IMG/VR virus record: IMGVR_UViG_3300011226_000001 | Coordinates: 32,001 to 96,000 of that record | DNA length: 64,000 nt | Strand: one strand, 5' to 3' | Source: a virus | Taxonomy: Duplodnaviria; Caudoviricetes | Made by a program: the position numbers and the translations under genes | Shown here: positions 55,295 through 64,000 of the stretch, piece after piece | How the letters are laid out: every line of letters begins with the position of its first letter | Numbering within the stretch: the first letter of the stretch is position 1 | Notes under the pieces: model-generated | What the model was told of the DNA's origin: nothing | The model's input: only the letters and a program-made list of their open reading frames with translations | Database searches by the model: none

Positions 55295-55803
55295 TAGTTC
55301 AACACCGCCATCATATCATCCTGTACGGTCGCTGCGTAGCAATCAAGTAACCAGTCTTTGACAGCAGACTGTTCTTCATAACCCATAGCATTCATATCAC
55401 CGACCTGAACGATCTGATACGCAGGTGCATCGTCTTCGTTCTCGGACTTAACGCGCTGCAACACCATGACGAGCTTAGGCATTGTTGCGTCTTTGTTGAC
55501 GTAAGTGAGCGTCAGGTCGGAGCCCATACGCTCAACACTGATAGACTTAGCTTCAACAGTCGGCGCACAGACCAGAGGCCAAAGTGCGACCGTGTCGATA
55601 GCATCACGCGACACAGCAAAATCAACAACAGCGCTACGCAGGTCATGCGCGTCGGACAGCTTGCTCAGACAGCTATCATCCAGTTTGTCAGAGATGGACA
55701 TGCCTGACGACTGCATACCCGCAGCAGGTGCAGGCGATTTGTAGTTTGCAGCAGACGCGGAAGCAGACATAACCAGTGCGATAGCGATAGAAGTGAATTT
55801 CAT
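55294..55803 (-). CDS. secreted/periplasmic hypothetical protein
   Basis: Sec signal peptide MKFTSIAIALVMSASASAA; GAGG RBS. Confidence 0.7.
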   Translation of the reverse strand: MKFTSIAIALVMSASASAANYKSPAPAAGMQSSGMSISDKLDDSCLSKLSDAHDLRSAVVDFAVSRDAIDTVALWPLVCAPTVEAKSISVERMGSDLTLTYVNKDATMPKLVMVLQRVKSENEDDAPAYQIVQVGDMNAMGYEEQSAVKDWLLDCYAATVQDDMMAVLN

Positions 55804-55880
55804 TTTGAACCTCAATTGATAGTGAATTGTTGTGAAGCCCGTAAGCGCCACGTTAAGAATAGGTGCAGGCGAGGCTGCTA

Positions 55881-56129
55881 TTACTTTACAGACTCGCCGT
55901 GCTCTGTGCGGGTATCGTACATCGCTCTCTCGGAGAAAGCGTTGTAAACGATCCACCCTGTATCGCAAACCTCATGCAGCTTGTCTGCGCATTCCTTTGC
56001 GCTCTCGAAGTCTCTAAACTCGGCGGAAGTAACTTGATGGCCGTTGAGTGCTATCTCTTTCAGCCACGTACCTTCATATGCTTCGCCGTAGTATTTATGG
56101 GCCGCACTAAACACATGATACCGTGCCAT
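55881..56129 (-). CDS. hypothetical protein
   Basis: GGAGG RBS. Confidence 0.65.
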   Translation of the reverse strand: MARYHVFSAAHKYYGEAYEGTWLKEIALNGHQVTSAEFRDFESAKECADKLHEVCDTGWIVYNAFSERAMYDTRTEHGESVK

Positions 56130-56484
56130 GTAAACCTCCGAAGATTGTCTCTACGTATTTCAGACCATTCAGTCTGTACTCGAAGTGCGGATTACGGAAC
56201 GCGATTGTTCCGAATACGCGGCTATTAAACTGAGGACATGCTGCGTTGAGTTCAAACGGTTTAATCTGGGCGAACGCCCGGATCTTAATCACATGCGTTG
56301 CGCCCGTAAGCTCGGGAGCCCAAACAACATCAGATTTGCGTATTACATAGATACTATTGTTCTTGTCGGTCAGGACGATATAGTCAGCACGTAACAACAT
56401 GCGAGTCTTACCAAAAACAAAAGCATCCCCGTGTGCAAGACGATCTGCACAAAACTGTCTTGAAGAGTTACAGATAACGATCAT
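56107..56484 (-). CDS. hypothetical protein
   Basis: Start moved to MIVICNSS. Confidence 0.55.
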   Translation of the reverse strand: MIVICNSSRQFCADRLAHGDAFVFGKTRMLLRADYIVLTDKNNSIYVIRKSDVVWAPELTGATHVIKIRAFAQIKPFELNAACPQFNSRVFGTIAFRNPHFEYRLNGLKYVETIFGGLHGTVSCV

Positions 56485-56560
56485 TTTAAGACACCCCCAC
56501 GATAGGTCAGCGCATGAATTTATTGTTTGGTTTATTCTATGGCTTCTGGTTGTGAGCTTG

Positions 56561-56824
56561 CTAGGGCGCCGTTTTATTCGGTTCGCTCTCCTTGCTGTCA
56601 CGCACTTCGAACGATGATGGTGGCAAATATGTTCCATACACTGCTCGACCAAACTGGTCGTAGCCCACCACCACACGCTCATGGATATCATGTGACAATC
56701 GTTGTAATCTAACCTCCGTTCCATCGACATACTTAGATTCGACAGTACGGAAGCCTCGTTTTTCGACTAACGGCGTATTGGCGTTCGTAGCGCCATACAT
56801 AGCTTCCAGCGGCTGAACTTTCAT
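56561..56824 (-). CDS. hypothetical protein
   Basis: Start MKVQP with GAGG RBS. Confidence 0.6.
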   Translation of the reverse strand: MKVQPLEAMYGATNANTPLVEKRGFRTVESKYVDGTEVRLQRLSHDIHERVVVGYDQFGRAVYGTYLPPSSFEVRDSKESEPNKTAP

Positions 56825-56825
56825 T

Positions 56826-57128
56826 TTAAGCCTCGGTGATAGTTGCAAGAATGCGAACAGCCAGTTCAGGGTTGTTCGGCGCCAGATGTTTGGTAACCAG
56901 ATTCAGAATGTCAGCACGACGACCTTTAAAGCGAACACGCATGTAAGCATCAAGGTCAGTCAAGATTTCATTCGCACGACACCAACGTTTGATAGGAGCG
57001 GGAACTTCCAGAGCACCTGGCCAAACGCAAGCGATACGATTGGTAGGCGTGATGCCCGTGATACCGAAAGAATGGCTGGTGGACGGTGCAGCGGTTGTTT
57101 TCTTTGCGATGGTTGTTGTATTGAACAT
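56826..57128 (-). CDS. hypothetical protein
   Basis: GAGGA RBS, first gene after a promoter. Confidence 0.7.
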   Translation of the reverse strand: MFNTTTIAKKTTAAPSTSHSFGITGITPTNRIACVWPGALEVPAPIKRWCRANEILTDLDAYMRVRFKGRRADILNLVTKHLAPNNPELAVRILATITEA

Positions 57129-57183
57129 GTTTATTTCCTCAGTCTAGTTATATGTGAAAAACGCGATTAAAGTGCTCACTTAC

Positions 57184-57238
57184 ATTGTAGCATAGGGCGA
57201 TCGTCTGAAACAAGCCTTATTTTGTCCAGTTATTTGCA
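57184..57238 (-). promoter_or_regulatory. sigma70-like promoter with upstream CTGGACAAAA box (overlaps the uvsE 3' end)
   Basis: CTGGACAAAA..TTGTTT..TGCTACAAT. Confidence 0.7.
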
Positions 57239-58197
57239 GAGTTCGCACGAAAACATGCCAGTTTTATACGTGCTCTGTTTTTAGCTTTAGACTCGCACAT
57301 AAGGTCAAAATCAGTGAAAGTCAGCGCCCAGTCGTTTACGTCGTCATTGTGATAGTAGTCAGAGTGTGCGCGTAACTGCATACGATTAGCAGCGAGCTTG
57401 TTTTGATCTGGCAGACCACGTGACGGCACGAACTCTGGGCGAGATACAGAGTAATGCGCAACAGGCGTGATGCCTCGCCATGACTCTATGACACGTTGAA
57501 CACGATCATCGTTCGGCTGTATGTACTCGTTTGTCATAACCCAGTGATGATGAATATCGAGGACTATCGGGCATATGTCGGCAAGTTCTAAACAGTCTTC
57601 GATGCTGGATGTGATCTCGTCGTTCTCAACGGTCAACATCTTTCGGCAGTGATCAGAAAGTTTCGAGTGCGCTGCACGAAAGCCTTTTGCACCCAGCTTA
57701 CCGCTTAGGTGAATGTTGATCTTGAAGTCTTGAAAGCGACGACCATACCCCATGTGATAGGCGCAGTACGCATGGTACTCAAGTTCGTTAATCGAGTTAA
57801 GCACAACATCAGGTCGGTCAGACGCAAGTACAGTGAACTGACCTGGGTGGAACGAAAGTCTAACGCCAGACGTCTGAGCTAACGTACCGCACTTCCACAA
57901 CCAGTGTTCAATGTGCGTGGCGAGTTCACGCTCTTGGTAGAGGTGCGTTACCATCGGATGTGTATACAGCGGTAACAGTTCACTGGTGATTCGAAACATG
58001 CGCATATCACGGCGCAACATACTGACGTGGGCGATCATGTCGTACAGCGAAGTCAGATTGACTGTCACAACGTCACGCAACTTTTGGCGTCGCTCGTCGA
58101 GACTGAGCTTTGAGAAGTGAGTGAAACTCAGGCTCTTGTTTGGATAAGGCTGTTTGCCTTTGTCGTCTATTAGCTTGCAGGCGAATCCGAATCTCAT
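57217..58197 (-). CDS. uvsE: UV-damage endonuclease (UvsE/UVDE)
   Basis: RFGFAC, MFRITSELLP, RLSFHPGQF, VENDE, VLDIHHH, AHSDY, MCESKAK. Confidence 0.92.
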   Translation of the reverse strand: MRFGFACKLIDDKGKQPYPNKSLSFTHFSKLSLDERRQKLRDVVTVNLTSLYDMIAHVSMLRRDMRMFRITSELLPLYTHPMVTHLYQERELATHIEHWLWKCGTLAQTSGVRLSFHPGQFTVLASDRPDVVLNSINELEYHAYCAYHMGYGRRFQDFKINIHLSGKLGAKGFRAAHSKLSDHCRKMLTVENDEITSSIEDCLELADICPIVLDIHHHWVMTNEYIQPNDDRVQRVIESWRGITPVAHYSVSRPEFVPSRGLPDQNKLAANRMQLRAHSDYYHNDDVNDWALTFTDFDLMCESKAKNRARIKLACFRANSANNWTK

Positions 58198-58220
58198 GTA
58201 AAATTTGCTCCAGAAATGAC

Positions 58221-58250
58221 TAATGGGAAACCTTGTTAGAGGTTTCCCAT
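58221..58250 (-). terminator. hairpin terminator
   Basis: ATGGGAAACC..GGTTTCCCAT perfect 10-bp stem. Confidence 0.55.
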
Positions 58251-58255
58251 GATTG

Positions 58256-58861
58256 TTACTTGCTCTTACGAGCGTGTAGATAGTTTTCGAGTTGATACAG
58301 GTTGTTTACAACGTAGGGCAGAGCCAGCTTCAACATAGGGTCTGCTTTGATCATTTCTTCCAGAGTGCGGAAGTGCTCAATGCAGATATGCAGATCACCA
58401 TCAGACAGAGGCTGGGAAGAGTTGAAGATCTCAAGCGCTCGCTTGGTCGATTCGACTTTGTTCTGCTTGTGCTCTGCGCGACGAACTTGTAGCGGCGTTG
58501 GTTCTTTCACACAGTTGCGGAACTTCAAGTTCGTTATTGTTTTGAGAATGCTGTCAAGCGTATCACCGCTGATCATACCTACGTTACGCCACGACACTTG
58601 CTTAGAGTTACGCAGCTTCTCACGAGACTTAGTATCAAACTCGGCGTACCAGCCTCCCTGCGTTTCACCGTGATCGTCGGTGTACACAGTCTCATAACCG
58701 ACGTCGCCTTCATTGCAACGCAGACCCACCTGCAACAGTGCATGATTGATCTTCTCAACACCAGCAGCAATCTCTTCCTTGCTCAACACGATCTCATTCT
58801 TTTTCACTGTTATCTCCGTGACGGGGTTTGCATGCCCACGTAGTAAAGAAGTACACAGCAA
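58256..58861 (-). CDS. hypothetical protein (true start probably ~50 nt downstream)
   Basis: ORF track. Confidence 0.65.
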   Translation of the reverse strand: MLCTSLLRGHANPVTEITVKKNEIVLSKEEIAAGVEKINHALLQVGLRCNEGDVGYETVYTDDHGETQGGWYAEFDTKSREKLRNSKQVSWRNVGMISGDTLDSILKTITNLKFRNCVKEPTPLQVRRAEHKQNKVESTKRALEIFNSSQPLSDGDLHICIEHFRTLEEMIKADPMLKLALPYVVNNLYQLENYLHARKSK

Positions 58862-58997
58862 CGATGATAGCCACCAGCATAGTCAGCATTGGGTTGCGTA
58901 CTTCGAAATAAGGTAAAGCGAAAGCAATGACAACAAGCACTGCCAGTATCATTGCTTCGCGCCAGTAACGTTTAAGAGGGAAGCGCGAAGTTTTCAT
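58794..58997 (-). CDS. small two-TM membrane protein
   Basis: From MKTSRFP; two hydrophobic segments. Confidence 0.5.
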   Translation of the reverse strand: MKTSRFPLKRYWREAMILAVLVVIAFALPYFEVRNPMLTMLVAIIVAVYFFTTWACKPRHGDNSEKE

Positions 58998-59745
58998 CGT
59001 CTGCCGCCTGATCGTTCGACCCAAACCATTTCCACTCCGGCATAGATAAGGCCTTGATATAGTGACGCACATGGCCTTGAATTTGTTCCACACTTTGAGA
59101 TGAAGCGAGAATGAGACCGTGTACGCAGTCAATCATTTCTTCCTGAGTCATGTCGTCGTAACGATCATAACAATCAGATCCCAATTTATTGGTCAAACGC
59201 GAGCAAAACGCAAATACTGATGAGGTCTTGGCAGCATTCTGGATATACGCGCGAACACTGTCCGCCAATACCAGATGAGGATTGTTGCTCTCAGTCTCAC
59301 TTAGAACACTGCGGGTCTTACCTAACCCAACGCGTACCGTTACTTCACGCATAGTATTCTGGGTAGTATCGTCAATACTGATCATCGCATCAGCCTGATG
59401 TTGGTGAATGCCTTTCAGGCTAATAGTCTGGCGCGTCAGTTCGATATGCTGTTCAATCAGATCAGCAATCTCAGTCACCATGTTTTCAGTGTCTGCATCG
59501 AAGTAGATTGAAGCGTGACGATATTCTTCGAGACACGTAGCAGGGTGCTCATTCATCAGGTTGCGAAACACAAGCCACGGACCGTGGAAGACGCTTGACT
59601 CGTCTTTGGCTTTCTCGCCAATCGCATCGCGCAGAATAGTATACGCATTAGCGATCAGCACACGAATCTCACACACGCGATCACGCGAATCGAGATCAGA
59701 GAAGCGAACTGTGTTTGGGTGACTGCCTACGAATAACTGTTTCAT
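58972..59745 (-). CDS. hypothetical protein
   Basis: Start MKQLF with AGGGG RBS. Confidence 0.7.
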   Translation of the reverse strand: MKQLFVGSHPNTVRFSDLDSRDRVCEIRVLIANAYTILRDAIGEKAKDESSVFHGPWLVFRNLMNEHPATCLEEYRHASIYFDADTENMVTEIADLIEQHIELTRQTISLKGIHQHQADAMISIDDTTQNTMREVTVRVGLGKTRSVLSETESNNPHLVLADSVRAYIQNAAKTSSVFAFCSRLTNKLGSDCYDRYDDMTQEEMIDCVHGLILASSQSVEQIQGHVRHYIKALSMPEWKWFGSNDQAADDENFALPS

Positions 59746-59746
59746 C

Positions 59747-60118
59747 TTATTTCCCCTTGAGATCGTCGAGTGATGTTGTGCTGCCCATGCGTGGTTGCGT
59801 TTTAGATTCACGTACACGCGCTCGTTGTTGTTTAACCCACGTCTTATACTCACCACGCGTCACGCCTAAGGCAAGCATAGCGTCTACATCAGAGAAGCCA
59901 GCAGCCATTAGAATCTGGATGCCGACTAGATTGGATGTGACAGCATGAGGACCGACAAGAACGACAGTGAACTGTCCATTCTTGTTTGTACCGCGAATCA
60001 ATTTCCACGCACCACGAACCACGGCAGTGTAATCGGTAAGGTTACACGCAGCGGCGTAGTCTTCGATACGCAGTGCCATGTCTTTATCAATTTGCTGGGT
60101 AGGAATTTTCTTGATCAT
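59747..60118 (-). CDS. hypothetical protein
   Basis: GAGGA RBS. Confidence 0.7.
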   Translation of the reverse strand: MIKKIPTQQIDKDMALRIEDYAAACNLTDYTAVVRGAWKLIRGTNKNGQFTVVLVGPHAVTSNLVGIQILMAAGFSDVDAMLALGVTRGEYKTWVKQQRARVRESKTQPRMGSTTSLDDLKGK

Positions 60119-60784
60119 TTATTCTTCCTCGTTCTCGTCTTCGGGTTCTTTACAGATAGCAGGGATGTTCTTTGTTCTTTTAAGATCCACCATAGCGACT
60201 AGCGCACGACTAACAGTGTCGTCGTGTCTGTTTTCAGCAACAGCATACATCTGGCCTATCAGGCGTTTTGAATATGCAAGTTCGGTCATGTTACCTACAA
60301 CGCGAATCAGTTTCTCCATAGAGACTGCGATAGCTTCGAGACTCTCTGTTTCCTTCAAGGCATCTTGCATCGCTGCAAGGTACATAGGAAGTCCCTGCGT
60401 CAGGAAAGTCTCATGCCACTCTTCGGCGGTGAATCGCACAAATACAGCAGATCCCCCAAGTTCGTGTACGTGATGACCGACACGAGTAGCACACTTCGCT
60501 AGATCGAGCAGTCTGCGATCAACAGGTCTGTCCCAGCTAATCTGACCACCACTAACTTCTACTCGCTCACGATTGATGGCGGTAGTGTGCGGGATAAGCA
60601 CAAAACGATGTGGTGGCTTTCCAAGCACAGTATGTTTCGAGGACACGTCAGGTGCGGACTCTCGCTCACGCAAAAGCGTTTCGATCACACGACGTTTGTT
60701 TTCATCGGTAGGGTCAGTGCGATACGCGACGAGTGCTTCTTGTACTTCATCCTCGTCCATGAGGAATTGAATGATGTTCATCAC
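60119..60784 (-). CDS. hypothetical protein
   Basis: Coupled ORF. Confidence 0.7.
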   Translation of the reverse strand: MMNIIQFLMDEDEVQEALVAYRTDPTDENKRRVIETLLRERESAPDVSSKHTVLGKPPHRFVLIPHTTAINRERVEVSGGQISWDRPVDRRLLDLAKCATRVGHHVHELGGSAVFVRFTAEEWHETFLTQGLPMYLAAMQDALKETESLEAIAVSMEKLIRVVGNMTELAYSKRLIGQMYAVAENRHDDTVSRALVAMVDLKRTKNIPAICKEPEDENEEE

Positions 60785-61134
60785 TTAAACCCTTTGTCTA
60801 CCAGTTGATGGAGCGCTGCAAAGTAATTCGGTACTGGACCTACTGCAACACCGTTCTTGTTGAGCAAGCGAATCAAATCACGCTTCGGCCACAGATAGGG
60901 AAGATTATGCTTCACACCACGAGGGCGCTTCAACTCCTGAAAGAAGGAGAGCACCTTGATACAGATGATAGTTCCGTTCTGCATATCACGCTCAGTGAGA
61001 TCTTGCAGAGCTTTGAGCACTTCGGCCTCATGCTCCATAGCAGCGAGTTCACGATTCGCTTTAAGCAGCTTGAAGAAGTGCGTTATCTGTATGCCTGTAA
61101 GCCAGAAGTAACGCGGCAGCTTTGTCAGTTTCAT
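60781..61134 (-). CDS. hypothetical protein
   Basis: Coupled ORF. Confidence 0.65.
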   Translation of the reverse strand: MKLTKLPRYFWLTGIQITHFFKLLKANRELAAMEHEAEVLKALQDLTERDMQNGTIICIKVLSFFQELKRPRGVKHNLPYLWPKRDLIRLLNKNGVAVGPVPNYFAALHQLVDKGFK

Positions 61135-61448
61135 ACGTGGCGCTCCATAGTAGGCGCATCAATTGCAATTGCAGAGAAGCCGTCATCAGCAAAGACGACA
61201 ACACACGGATAATCCATACGCTGCGCTTTTGCTACCACGTCTTCGTGTTTGTGTTTATTGAGCACGGCCAACGATGGGCTAGAGTCTCGGTATTCATGCA
61301 GGTGATGCGTGAATGCCTCTGCGAATCCGGCACGGTCCATAACGCAGTAGCTCTTATAACCAACGCGTGTACATGCCTGTCGTTTACGCATAGCGTCAGC
61401 AACCGTAGGAAATTTGAAGCCTATAGCTACCCAAAGTTTACGCAACAT
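61131..61448 (-). CDS. hypothetical protein
   Basis: GGAG RBS, TAATG coupling. Confidence 0.65.
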   Translation of the reverse strand: MLRKLWVAIGFKFPTVADAMRKRQACTRVGYKSYCVMDRAGFAEAFTHHLHEYRDSSPSLAVLNKHKHEDVVAKAQRMDYPCVVVFADDGFSAIAIDAPTMERHV

Positions 61449-61597
61449 TATGTTGGCTCCCCTTCGTCTTCACGATCAGCGAAGCAGTTCTCACACAGGT
61501 CATCCCACTCGCCGTACACTTCATCTTCTGCTAGAGGTGTACGGCAGTCTTCACAACGTGAGTATGGTTCTTTGTCGCTCACCACATCTCTCCCCAT
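61448..61597 (-). CDS. unannotated ~45-49-aa acidic C4 zinc-finger protein
   Basis: ..SDKEPYSRCEDCRTPLAEDEVYGEWDDLCENCFADREDEGEPT; fills the gap and is coupled to both neighbours. Confidence 0.6.
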   Translation of the reverse strand: MGRDVVSDKEPYSRCEDCRTPLAEDEVYGEWDDLCENCFADREDEGEPT

Positions 61598-62001
61598 AGT
61601 TCTTCAACGGCATCACGCATAACACACACAACACGGAACTTGGTGCCCTTGACGTGTTTGTTTTCAGGCGTGATATTGAGTTGATCGATAAGTTGAGTGA
61701 CAGCTTCTGGGGAAGCGATGCCACTACGAATAACTACCCAGTCGTTAGCGGTCGAGATAAACGCCTCAAGCGAATAAGTCACATCAGGCTGATCGACAGG
61801 TTGTATGTTGTCGTGCGGACCCTTCTGCACGAGGAAAGACATTTCGATCTCAACTTCGATATCGAAGCCTTGCTCATGCAGTGCTACCCAGTTGAGATAC
61901 TCCTGCTCATTGGTGTACGTAGCAGTGAACACGTTATCCGGTTTATCTTTCTGGGTGAACGTTACGTTCCACTTCTTGTTAGTCTGGGTAAGTGTTGCCA
62001 T
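61579..62001 (-). CDS. hypothetical protein
   Basis: GAGG RBS. Confidence 0.7.
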   Translation of the reverse strand: MATLTQTNKKWNVTFTQKDKPDNVFTATYTNEQEYLNWVALHEQGFDIEVEIEMSFLVQKGPHDNIQPVDQPDVTYSLEAFISTANDWVVIRSGIASPEAVTQLIDQLNITPENKHVKGTKFRVVCVMRDAVEELWGEMW

Positions 62002-62006
62002 TGTTG

Positions 62007-62270
62007 CTACCTCAGTTGGGAATCTTTGGAGCCACGACGATTGTAACCGACGTGCGCTGAACCGTCATGACTTGCCTGACAGTTAATGCAGTACCGCGCG
62101 TTCGGCATAGCGAGCTTGCGCATCACAGGAATCTTTGCACCGCAGTCAGGGTTGATGCAGTAATCAGAGCCTGCACCTTGAAGTTCTGAACGAGCACGGT
62201 CAATCTCGTTCATTACGTTTGTTTCGATGGTATCGTTAACGCCATCATCTTTTACGAAGCCTACAGCCAT
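62007..62270 (-). CDS. DksA/TraR C4 zinc-finger protein (YbiI-like)
   Basis: MAVGFVKDDGVND..CINPDC..IP..R..A.P..YCINCQ..YNRRGSKDSQLR, close to the YbiI pattern. Confidence 0.85.
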   Translation of the reverse strand: MAVGFVKDDGVNDTIETNVMNEIDRARSELQGAGSDYCINPDCGAKIPVMRKLAMPNARYCINCQASHDGSAHVGYNRRGSKDSQLR

Positions 62271-62271
62271 T

Positions 62272-62943
62272 TTATTTCTTTTCCTCTCGTTCTTCATCTT
62301 CTGCGGTCAAGCGACACGACAGACACATATATTCATCGTCTACATCAGGGTCACGCTCTGCACCACACTCGGAGCATTTACCCTCTTCAATAAGATCGAG
62401 CTTACGGTCAATCTCGTCACAGGCAGCTTGCTCCTGCATCAGTTCATCGACACTTTCCGCAAGAGAAACTTCCTCATAGCGTCCGATAGTTGCACCGAGA
62501 CCTGAACGCAATTTGCAATACTGCGCTGCACCATACGTCACAAACACGTCAACGCGGTTGTTGTCTGCGTCACGCACTTCAAATTGCAGCGGTTGATTGT
62601 GTCGCTTTGAGTGCGCTTCGGTGTATGCAATACGAATCGCTTTCATGCGAGAAGCACAGGCACGAACGTGTTGTTGCAGTTCGCGTATATCAGGATTACC
62701 GCGAATAAGCATACCAAGACGTTCCCACTCCTCAAACTTGCGTGTCGTATTGACGTTCATGCTGTCACGTCTACGCATAGCACCGATAGCAGTCTGAAAG
62801 TATTTTAGGTCTTTCAGCGTTTCCATACCTTCGAGTTGCAGTTGCTCACACAAATCGCCGTGATACTGCGGGTCATCTTTGCGACGATAGTATTTCTTGC
62901 GGTGTGTATCAGTAAACATGCGAGGCATTAGTCGATACTCCAT
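62272..62943 (-). CDS. hypothetical protein with C-terminal C4 zinc finger
   Basis: CSEC..CLSC. Confidence 0.7.
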   Translation of the reverse strand: MEYRLMPRMFTDTHRKKYYRRKDDPQYHGDLCEQLQLEGMETLKDLKYFQTAIGAMRRRDSMNVNTTRKFEEWERLGMLIRGNPDIRELQQHVRACASRMKAIRIAYTEAHSKRHNQPLQFEVRDADNNRVDVFVTYGAAQYCKLRSGLGATIGRYEEVSLAESVDELMQEQAACDEIDRKLDLIEEGKCSECGAERDPDVDDEYMCLSCRLTAEDEEREEKK

Positions 62944-63284
62944 GTGTTAGTTTTAGGCGGCTTGCGTCCGAACTTCTTTTCATACCAGACTGCGTGTTTG
63001 CGTTCGATCTTATCGAAGTGCAAACTTCCAACAACACTGCTGTTATCTAGAGGACCCATCGCAGCAAGCAGGTAGCTCTCGTAGGACCACATGCGAATAT
63101 AGCAAACGCCACCAACGATACCGAAGATGATACCTGTCCAGAACCACATGTCTTCTACAGCAGGTGCTGAACGTCCGTGCATGATCAGAATGGCAATCAA
63201 CATCACGCCAGTAACTGCAAGGCGTCTGCGCCACACGATAAGCCCGTAGTAGAACGGGCTGTCATAGTAATAGTTTTTACGCAT
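62928..63284 (-). CDS. two-TM membrane protein
   Basis: Start MRKNYYY; two hydrophobic segments. Confidence 0.6.
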   Translation of the reverse strand: MRKNYYYDSPFYYGLIVWRRRLAVTGVMLIAILIMHGRSAPAVEDMWFWTGIIFGIVGGVCYIRMWSYESYLLAAMGPLDNSSVVGSLHFDKIERKHAVWYEKKFGRKPPKTNTWSID

Positions 63285-63300
63285 TATTTCATTTTCCCTG

Positions 63301-64000
63301 TTAGCACATACCGCTACCGAAACCACAACGACCATTACCACCAACATAACCGCAACGCTGGGAGGTGTATTCACAACTATCAGGATAGCCTCTAGGTTCT
63401 TCTTTCTTCGCCTTCTTCACTTTCTTCGCTTTTACCTTCTTGGCTTTCACTTCTGGTACAGGCTCTTTGCGTGACCAGTCGAAGTACAGGTTGCCGTCCA
63501 TGTGGAATACCATTTCGGTGTATTCTTCTTCGTCTTCGTTCGGTTCGTATGAAGACGCTTTCAGATATGCGAAGCTGTTACCGAGGTCGGCGCTGCGATG
63601 CGTGAAGCAAGACGGACAACCAGTAGTAAACGTATCGTCGAAGCCGGGCATAGTCTCGTCGAAAAGGTCATCGTAGTAGCTGCCGTCAAAGATAGAATCA
63701 AACAGCTTGATCAGCTCAGGCTTCTTCTTCAACTTCTTCTCAGCCTCCATAACGTCACGCTGTGAGCCGCGTGTAGCGTTGCGCCACTCTTCATGCGCCA
63801 TGCCATACTTACGCAGTTCTTTGCTCAACTTCTTGTTGTCGTAGTCAACACGGAACACAACGTCGATCCACGGGTTTGCTTTCATCAGTTCGTTCGCCTG
63901 ACGGAACTCCCATTCGATGTTGTCGATGTTCTGTTTGTTGATAACGAAGTTGATATGGAAACTCAGCTTGCGACCTAACTGGCGGCGGAAGCGCACAAGG
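63301..64000 (-). CDS. 5'-truncated protein, possibly the C-terminal part of a radical-SAM-like enzyme
   Basis: FHINFVINKQNIDNI.. and VFHMDGNLY patterns; the CxxxCxxC motif would lie outside the window. Confidence 0.4.
   Translation of the reverse strand, partial: LVRFRRQLGRKLSFHINFVINKQNIDNIEWEFRQANELMKANPWIDVVFRVDYDNKKLSKELRKYGMAHEEWRNATRGSQRDVMEAEKKLKKKPELIKLFDSIFDGSYYDDLFDETMPGFDDTFTTGCPSCFTHRSADLGNSFAYLKASSYEPNEDEEEYTEMVFHMDGNLYFDWSRKEPVPEVKAKKVKAKKVKKAKKEEPRGYPDSCEYTSQRCGYVGGNGRCGFGSGMC

Noticed and set aside
1-64000. Prophage in a bacterial chromosome, or assignment to a named phage genus
   Set aside because: No integrase or host gene blocks, and uniform phage-like organisation. It resembles large enterobacterial myoviruses, but a genus cannot be confirmed without alignment.

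Overview
A 64 kb segment of a large (probably jumbo) lytic dsDNA tailed phage, most likely infecting Enterobacterales or another gammaproteobacterium (sigma70-type promoters; YbiI/TraR, CmoA and Alr homologues). Essentially every real gene lies on the minus strand; the one convincing exception is a homing endonuclease. From left to right: (1) 0.5-6 kb, a six-gene biosynthetic or modification cluster (CmoA-like, GT4 glycosyltransferase, DUF1611/DgcN-like, alanine-racemase-like, Asn-synthetase-like ligase, MurI-like); (2) 7-22 kb, macrodomain, 5'-3' exonuclease, probable portal, intein-containing large terminase, DnaB helicase, a sigma-like protein and an HNH; (3) 23-29 kb, a type IIA topoisomerase whose GyrB gene is broken in two by a naturally split intein, with a free-standing antisense PD-(D/E)XK endonuclease and an unannotated 53-aa ORF between the halves; (4) 30-47 kb, a histone-H1-like protein and several extremely acidic proteins that share a short helix-extension-helix-like module; (5) 47-64 kb, many small early or accessory genes (HD hydrolase, lytic transglycosylase, dUTPase, UvsE, TraR/YbiI). 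Two recurring non-coding motifs look like promoter classes: a sigma70-like promoter with a fixed upstream TGGAC box (7 copies), and a CTGTAAA(T/C) motif. Highlights are the split-intein gyrB locus, the D-amino-acid/carboxy-SAM/glycosyl modification cluster, and the acidic/basic chromatin-like protein set. All family calls come from reading motifs by eye; no database searches were run.
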